Shown: one piece after another, positions 55,401 through 64,000 of the stretch
Position numbering within the stretch: the first letter of the stretch is position 1
Layout of the letters: each line of letters opens with the position of its first letter
Source of the DNA: Raillietiella orientalis
Taxonomy: Eukaryota
Assembly (NCBI GenBank): GCA_036172245.1
Contig: JAYWIR010000024.1
Coordinates: forward strand, 2,418,001 to 2,482,000
DNA: 64,000 nucleotides
Reading direction: 5' to 3'
The notes under the pieces: model-generated
What the model saw: only the letters and a program-made list of their open reading frames with translations
Database searches by the model: none
Told to the model about the DNA's origin: nothing
Translations under genes and position numbers: made by a program

Positions 55401-58400
55401 GATAACACTCTTCCTCCAACGTGTGTGTGTGTGTTTTTCTCAATACACGTCTTCCTTTACAGATTACAAGAAAACTTCAACCTCTACGTTTTAACACCTA
55501 TTCAATTGGGGCAATACTTTCTCCTTGCATTCATCATTTGCTTATGTACTCCTAATCAGCCCTTCAGTAACACCATCCTTTCAATTTTATGACTGTCCAA
55601 CCTATCCGATACCCAGTCCTGAAGACTTTCAATTATAATATAATATGGAAATTGGATTAACATAGCAAATTGCAACTTTTGCAGCTGGTTCATCTCATGT
55701 GCCAATGCGCTTCTATACATTCACTGCGTTTCCTGTTTTCCACTCCTCGGACTCATTGGTATATTTCAACCGTGCTTTCCATCGTCTTGACCAGGAAACT
55801 ATATAAATACAATCTTTGATTACAATGAAATTTCGAAACAAACAAAGAAACAAAACAAGGACACGTGCGTGTCCATAATTGGATCGATTGAAAGTCAATT
55901 TTGTATTGGGAGAGTATAAACGAATGAAAGAGATATCTCTAAAACCATATTCAAATTAGAAAATCCCTGCTTTGTTTAAATAACCGCAAATTTCACACGA
56001 TAATAATTTCTTCCTAATAAATTATAAGTTTTGTTCTTTTCAGATGCGGGTTCCGAGAACTTTTTTAGTGCACTGAAATCATATGTTTTTTCCAATATTT
56101 GGGTTCATTTTGCATGCTTGCATTAAGCATCAAGCTAGATTCGTATTCTTGAAGACTGCACTCCCGTCAAACAGGTTTTTCCAGAGAATTATTTTGGAGT
56201 ATGCTAACTATATAACTTATACACATACATCGGAGTTACCACATCAGATGACAAGTGGGTTTAAATTTGCAATTGCATTACATAATCATTTATTTTAAAG
56301 TAAAGCTTATGAACGGGTCAAAAATGTCAAGTTGTATAACGTTAGTAAAAATGAGCAAAATTTTGCATGAATGTTTGCATGAACAGACGCAAAGAAATTT
56401 ACAATCAACAAAAAGAATCTTTTCAGGTTTAAGAAGTCCTAATTCATGCTTTTTGAAAATTATGAACGATGCTGATACCTTCAGTTGCTGCTTTACAATG
56501 CTCTTTGATTCGGAACATGAAATTCAATTCGCCCTTATTTAAAATCTGGAAAATAGCCAAAAAAGCATCTGGTATGGATCCAGGTTCAGTTATCCGTGTT
56601 CGGATGGTTATCAGTCCTCATGTGCAAATCCACACCGGACTCAGCCAAGAAATATCCTACATATCAGATGAAACGCATGTCATGTTGAAGTTTTGTTGTC
56701 AACATGATCAGCTGCAATGTTTTTAGTGATTCTACCCCTTTTCTCTGGGAATTTGAAGCTACAAAGCAATACCTCATCAATGCACCTGTTAGACAACACT
56801 TACGAGGATCTCTTTTTATGAAACCATGGCTAGGCTAAACAAATTAACAAACGATGTTTTCATTTCTTCAGAGCTAAGCTTAGATGTTTTCTTGTGACAA
56901 TTAGGGACTCATTTCATCTGAACGTGTGAAAAAGAGGTTGTTTATTATTCTTTCTATAAATTCTTATTTAAGGTTACATTTATACAGCATTCATATTAAT
57001 TCGTTCTTTATAGACTTTCTATGATTCTTCATTACATTTGATATTCATTATACTTTCTTACAGAACATAAACATTAGGTAAAGTAGATCTGTATGAGATC
57101 CTAAAAAACATCTGCTACTTATAAAAGCAGAATTCTGGAACGTGGGAATTGCAATCTGGATTTGTCTTCACTGTTGAACACTTTCAATTTGTCTACAAAG
57201 GCTTATTTTGGTTTACTCTTATTTCTAGCAAACAATATTTTGCAGTTGGCCTGTTCCTGATGCTCATAATGCTAGACATTGTTTTCACAGCCTCTATTAC
57301 CAATGTAAAAATGTTTTTCTGTGTCTGTAACGCATCTACCATTGATTGACGTATGACCACAGCAGTCTTTCGATTCATCGAGGCACAAATCAAACTATAA
57401 ACAGTTATTTGGTTTTCTGCGTCAAGTCAGAGATGCCAGTGGTACTGTGAGCAATAGGTAGATACGGATCAAAAACTAGAGCAGAATTAGGTCGCCTGGT
57501 AAAGAGACTGATGATGTTTTCAAACTGCACAATAGTTTCTAAGCTATACCGTACTGATGATTCAGAAAGTGCTGTTTTTCCAAATCTTTTTTTCCTTTTT
57601 GAAAAAAAGAATAAAAAAAAAGAGCAGACTTTGTGAACTCTAGCAATGTACTTATGAATAATAGCAGCACAAGAAAGTCGTGACAGCACAAAAAAGTCCT
57701 TCTAGTAATTCTCGAGACGTGCTTCTCTCAGTGGTGAGAATTTTGGTGAGAATTCGGAGGCTTCGTGATTTCATTAAGTCCCTGCCAAAGGGTAGACATA
57801 CATTTTTTTAAAGGCATTAATGAGATTTTATACGATAAGATACCACTCCAGACCTTCTATACACAATTTTTCGGATTTTTCAAAAGTTTCCAAGGATTGA
57901 ATGTTCAGAGTATCGTCATTTGCTTCTGATTACAGATAAATTATAGAGCTTTATTTTTCCTCCGCTCTGTAATTGTAAGAAAAAACAGGAAGACACCGAT
58001 ATTTAACCTATGTGGCAACAACACTTCCTTTATTGTTAGCTAAATAGTGTTTTTAATAAGATTTTTGTATTGGAGCCGTGTTTGATTGGAAGAACCTGTA
58101 GTTCCCCTCTGAACAAAAACTGACGCAGAATAACTAGAATCAGCCTCTAAGCAAGTCCAGAAGTAGGGGCTTTCATCAGCCACGGTCAGCAAGAAACCTC
58201 TGTTTTTTGTTATTCGTGAGTATATCAAAAATTCATGCTGAAGAGAACATCGCATAATTGGCTCTAGATCTTGGGATCTCAAGATTTTCCTTGAACTATT
58301 GAGGAAAAGTTTCTGCACTTTATTTCTGTTCAGTGTCTATGGGTACATTCCGACTTTAATTAACATTTTTCTTCATAAAGAAAGGAAGTTTTTCAGTTTT

Positions 58401-59334
58401 TCAATATTTTTCTGAAGTGTTCAACAAATCGTTTTAGTTTGTGCAAAAAGAAGTACGAACATATCACACAGAATGCCAAGGAGTGTACTATTCTCATTTA
58501 TGCATGTTAAACACATGTAGATAAAGAATCCTTTTCATGCAGCACCGAAGAATTAGTGGCATACTGTGTATGGTTCGGTACTAATGGTATCCAGAAGTTC
58601 AACTCAGAAAGCGTGATCGTAGTATCGGCAAACGTGATACACAGGGATGTCTTTGCAAGGTCGTGAGACAAGGCTTCTCCATTTGGAAAATCATCTCGTT
58701 CCATTAAGAGTACACTGAACTCTCTTTTAACAAATTTCCATACACCAATATCGGAAACATCAGATATGCACTGAATTCATGCTTGCTGCAGCTTTCCGTC
58801 GAGGACGTGCAAACAGTATGAGGTGGGAGTGATGGTTAATGAAAGGACGTCTCATGTCGAAAAGCAAGTCACTACCTGATTTTGCGATGCATTTTCAAGC
58901 CCTAGCGGCTGCTTTGGAGCCGCTAGGGCTTGAAAATAGGACAAACTGCAGCACTGCTAGCTTTTCTAGTCTTAGACACGCTCTCTACCGGGGACCTCTC
59001 ACGAGAGAGTGGTTTGTATCCAACGGAAGATGTCTGAAACTTCGAAAGGTTCAAAATTAGCAAGCAGCCAGCAAGGGTCCTCATATGGGTACTCTATCGC
59101 CCTCTTATCGTGATCCTGGCGCAATGGAGCTGGGTATCACAGTTCGTTTGATGGTGAACTATCTGGATAGGACGAAACTGATGAGAGCTTGTAGAGGTCC
59201 GCAGCGATTCTGGCGTACAAATTCATCGTTAGAGCTGAATAAGGGGAGAAAGAAGTGAACTATGTGGTAGCTGGTTCTCTTCGAAGATGCCCCTGTCCTT
59301 TCCCTTTTCCTCTTCCTCTTCGTCATTAATGCCA

Positions 59335-59480
59335 ATACCGCCACTATAAATCACCATCATTGTCATGAACTATCATTGCCACCAATTCCAATTATCAATC
59401 ATTATCAATCACCACCACATTCATCGTCAATCTCACCACTGCCAGTGCCACTATCATCATCAACAGTACCACCATCAGCC
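59335..59480. repeat. Degenerate (CAC/CAT)n low-complexity tract
   Basis: Runs such as ACCACCAC, ATCATCATCAAC and ACCACCATC. Confidence 0.6.
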
Positions 59481-60269
59481 ACGCTGGGCTCGACGAAGAG
59501 GAAGGAAAACAAAGTCTCATGCTGTAGAGCGCAAAAGGCTCTAGGTACAAAATGACCTCAACCTATTCTCAAACTTTAAAGGGATGAGAAGCCCGTCTTT
59601 CTTGAACACTAGAACCTCCATTATCGGGTGGCTCACTGGGCATCGTGAGTGCCCAGTGAGTAGTAGGCGAAACTGTAACTGTAACTGTTATTGCTATATA
59701 ATGTAAATATTAAAAAAATGACCTAATATGTATATTGTACTATAATAACAAATGCGAGTGAGCCAAACTCCACGTTACGGCAGCCGACGCAATGCTAATC
59801 AGATTCCACGAAGGGTGTTGGTTGTCAAGGTCACAGGACGATAGCAACCGCAAAGTCGGAATCTACGAAGGAGAGTGTGGAGCAACTCTCCTGCCGGAGC
59901 GACCCATCCTGAAGATGTGAGCGCGGATCCTACACCCGAGAGTTGGCACAGGACCATTCCTGCCTTCCTGCGTTTGGTAGTCGAAGATAGAGTGTCCTTC
60001 CATCAGGTAGCAGAGAGGCAGAAGGGTTTAGCTATCGCCTCGCCTCGAGCAGCAGCCGTCGGAGCGGACCTTGATGGCAGTAGAAAGAACTAGGGAGAGA
60101 TCCTGGAAGTCCAGTGCCCACGTTGGAAGTCACGTGAGCTACAATCTCCGCTCGTGGTGCCACACATTGCGGGTTCGGATCCCCACATGGAGGATCGACG
60201 CCTAGAAATGGGTTTCGAGTCCTCCCTGCATGATAACGCTGTTTGGCGGCATTGGTTGACACCTGGTCA

Positions 60270-63200
60270 CGTCGGAGCATTTATTTATAGAATCAACCTA
60301 CATGGCTGTGGCAGGACGTTTGATCCTGCCGTGTTAATTATGAATACGAAAAGGAACTTGTCGAGATCTGGCACGCAGGCCAGTGGGGTCGCCTAGGCAG
60401 CACAGGAGAAGGAGGCGAAAACAAAAAGAAAAAAATAAAACGAAAAATGCAGTCAAAGAATGGGGGAGGGGTTGAAAAGGAATCACTGTGTGCTGGAGAG
60501 TGTCCTCTGCATCCTTGTAAGGACGCCGGCAAGTTCCTGTTTCATGGTTCCCAGATGGAGCCATCTTGACGCTATCCTCATGAAGAGGGCAGCAAAGTAG
60601 ATGACGTCCCTATCGCTCTGGCTTCTTCTGGCGTTGCTCCATACAGCCACGGTTCCTCCGTGTGGGTAGCACAGTGCTGTTGGGGATAGCGTCCCGAACT
60701 TCGGCATGAGGGTGTCGCACAGGAAGAGGCTCTTGACAACGTCTCTGGTGTTGCCGCCGGGGATTGCCAGGGCCGCGGCAAAGCGTTTCCAGAAGGGCCG
60801 GAGGGCAATACAGTCCACTAGGAGGTGCAACACTGGTGGAATCCGGATGCTCCCGTTTACCATCCGGGATTGGAGTTAACCCTTAGGGGGCCCTTCCAGG
60901 AATCAAGGAGCACCGATTCCCTTTCAGGGTTCCCCTACGGTTGATGCAAGTGGAGTCGTACCATGGAACTGGTTGGTTGATAGCTCTCCCGAGTGGCAAG
61001 AATTGCTTCCCTTTTTGGGGAGAGACCCTTCAGAGAAATTTGGAAGCGTCACTTCGAAATTCCCTTCAGAGGTTTCGTGAGTCCCCTACTCAGGAGAACA
61101 GTTCTCGAGTACTTAGCGCCCCGAGCGGGAAAGGGTTCAATGCAAGCAGCCATTGGAGCGTGTTCTAGTCTCCATCCTTTGTGCACCCATGGCTCAAAGA
61201 TGGATGAGTGAGCAAAAGGGGGAACCGAGCGGAGAAGGGGCAACAGGGACGGAGGCTTTTTTGCCAAGGTTCCTCAAAATCGTGGTCGGAACTGTGGCGA
61301 AGCCGTATGCCAAGAGAGTGTCAATGCAGGGCGTCGGAGGAACGGGGGACGCGGGAACAATGACGGCGTTTCTTGGTTTGGGCAAAAGGGAAACCCACAC
61401 GAGCACATCTGCACAGAAGCACACGGGGTGCTCCCGGAGCAGTCAGGGGAACACTTGTCGAAGCCCTGGTACTTCGCGGTGCGGACTGGAGCTGCCCACA
61501 TAGTTTCGAGAGGATCTGAAAGGCAAGGGTCATCTCACACACAGGCCGTTTGGAGTTCCGAAAAGATGGCGTTCCGAAAGAGGGTTCATTGCCATGAGGA
61601 ACAAAACCTGATGTCCTAAAACAAGGGTTTCCCCATGTCTATGCAAAGAGGAGCGTCAGGTGTAAGCATCGGAATCTTCCCAACAGGTGTCTGCGGTGTC
61701 TTGGATGACAGATGCAAGGAGAGGCGTGCGGAGTTTTCTGATGACTGCAAGACTAAGAGACTAGCTAATCCCGTACCGTGGGATGTTGGATGCCAATTTC
61801 TTTCTCTCAGAGGGTGCTTCTCGAATACCATTCTTCCTGTTCCAGGGCTAAGTTCAAGGTGCAATCTCCGAACTTCAGCAAAATGTGATCTTTGAATGTT
61901 AGTTTTCCGTGATTTGTGGTCTGCTTCTGCACCGACTTTCGCTGAGCACAGCTGCCGTCGTCCTTTTTTCACTATTGATCATGGTGCGCCATCACGTTTC
62001 AGCTCATACGTTGTAGTCATTGGCTCCAGCTTACGGCATGACTCCAGCGCATTCGTTGAAGTTTGCGATGCTCAGCAGCAACAATCTTGATGGGGACCAC
62101 GGATTCAAAGGCTTAGTCCTTGCAGCATGCGGGATAGAGTACTTAGAGGCTCACGTAGTGATTAGAGCTGTGGCATCTGTGCTTGTCATGACATGCATGA
62201 TGTAACGCGCATCTTCGTATGCCATGCAGACAACTTTACAGCAATGTGCGTGTCCTTCAATTGAGAAGAGGTACGGATGAGAGCATTCCAATGCACGTTC
62301 GAAGCTTGATCTGCGGGATCAGTCTGATCTAAACGTTTGGGTGGTGATTTAAATTATGCGGCCCCAATCGGAGTATCAACGAAATATCCTGTGTCAAAGA
62401 AATTGGAATCTTTCAAGGGTCATTCCCGCCGCACCATCACGCACTTTTTGTTTTGCATCATAGTGAGCTTTCAGCAGCTCTCCTTGCGGTGTGCGCCACT
62501 CGCAACATCGGTGACGTCATGAAACTGTCAGCGGACCCAGGATGTGCCACCGAAAACGCCTCTCAAACGAAACGCAGAGATTAGCGTTCGGTGGCTTTGT
62601 GCTTCAGAGACGCAGGTTCAACCCATTTTCATGTTCGCGGGCACCACGAAATGCGAAAATCATGCCTTGGGAACCGTTCCAAAGCGAACACATGCCGCTT
62701 CCAGAGCAGTGGTTGACCAATCAACGAAATGGTTCTAGAGATTTTCGATCCTTGTGCTCAGCCCTCTTGAGGAATCGGACAACTCAGGTTTATTTGGCAA
62801 CAGGAAGCTTCGAAACCTCGAGTAGTCAAGGAGGCTGGTTTACTGATCAAGATGAAGAAGAAGAGGTTGGTGAAAGTCAATAAGCTCAACGAGTAGTGCC
62901 ACAGATAAGTTAATGGAAAAAAATCTTTCCATAAGAACCAGGTTGAGCAGCCAACGGATGTTCATCTACTGATTCTCGAAGCGATATCCGGGTTTGATGC
63001 ATCCATCAAGACTGACGCGTTCGTGATGGGCAGCTGTTCAAGCTCCTGACCTCTCTGGACTGAAACTTCCAGATTCCCTGAGTTTCGGAGCTAGGAAAAG
63101 AGCAGTATCAACCATGTATGCAGACCAGGGAGACTCCTGCCTGAAGGAATATCCGGAAAATTAAGCATTGACAAGGTGGCGCCCTCCGTAGCCGTTGGAC

Positions 63201-64000
63201 TTTAAAATGTCCAGCGTCCACTCGCATGCAAGCACAATGGATATTTGGCCAAGGAGATTTTCGAATCGTTTTGGGACATGCATTTTCGACAGCTTCAGCT
63301 TAAAGAGGTTCACTTTGAGGTGTCCTTTGCCCTCCGACTCAGCCGGACGAGTCATACCTTGTCGAAGAAACATGCAGACCAAGGAAAAAGCAGCACATGT
63401 CGAATGCAGCTAGATGAAACCAGTTCCTCCACCAGCAAGAAACTGCATCCCGCTGTCGGATTACAGAAACACCCATGCATCCCAACTGAATTTTCTCCCT
63501 GTTCGAGAGCTGTGAGGAGAACACGAGAAGATCGGCACTGTCAGGTTTGAGATGAGGAGCTGCCGCGAGTTTTTCAATCATGAATAAGGAACTCTCATCT
63601 CTGTACCAAGAGGCCTGGTGGACTTGGATGAGCGTGTACAAAAAGTAGCCAGAGGGCAGTAGCCACAGTACAAAAAGCCACCATGCGGCTTGCCCACGGG
63701 TAGAGTTCACCAGAGTTCGTGATATGAAATGTGTCCATCTCCCAGAGTTTGTCCTCCGAAAGGATAATCACCTAGTCGTCTTGAATGCTATTCAATGATC
63801 TTTTGGAAACACGGAAGAAGCGTTCAGGAACTCCCGCTAAGAGAGAGAGGGAAACAACGTCGCAATCCCGAGCTTCAAATGTCGGCTTCTGGAAAAAAGT
63901 GCCCGTGAGATTCCTAGTGGTCGCCCCATTTGGATCCCGAAGCCCATCAGGAAGTCAAGCATTGCTAGAAATGAAGGTCTCTCTGCTATGTGCTGACAAG
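60270..64000 (-). mobile_element. Heavily decayed LINE (L1/Tx1-like) running off the window end
   Basis: GC-richer block with eroded RT motifs in the expected order on the minus strand (SRTISLI ~RPISL near 62.73 kb, DQTDP ~RQGDP near 62.32 kb, CMAYEDA ~AYADD at 62211-62234). Zinc-knuckle remnant HLLVDC..LRPFW near 60.8 kb, T-rich 3' UTR at 60415-60450, AATAAA near 60280. Confidence 0.55.

Noticed and set aside
60165..60190. tRNA B-box-like GGGTTCGGATCCC
   Set aside because: No A box or cloverleaf upstream.

Overview
AT-rich eukaryotic nuclear DNA, most likely from an invertebrate or arthropod (inferred from the Drosophila-like eEF2 and lingerer proteins). It holds four intact intron-containing housekeeping genes: TFIIF beta/GTF2F2 (+, 8227-11638), mitochondrial PGP synthase PGS1 (-, 16828-~19802), eEF2 (-, 28323-31596) and lingerer/UBAP2L (-, 36318-44919). 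Many of their introns are only 40-57 nt. Intergenic DNA carries decayed retroelements: one restriction-like-endonuclease NeSL/Utopia-type element at 21.6-24.3 kb, two L1/Tx1-like remnants and weaker LINE/LTR traces. The most interesting unannotated items are (i) a box H/ACA snoRNA candidate in eEF2 intron 3 with a plausible 18S target, (ii) a ~257-nt GC-rich multi-hairpin insert flanked by a 14-bp direct repeat, and (iii) U2 snRNA-like sequence at both ends of the RLE element plus a separate short U2 fragment. I found no convincing wholly new protein-coding system. All homology calls come from remembered motifs, not database searches, and exon boundaries are read by eye.
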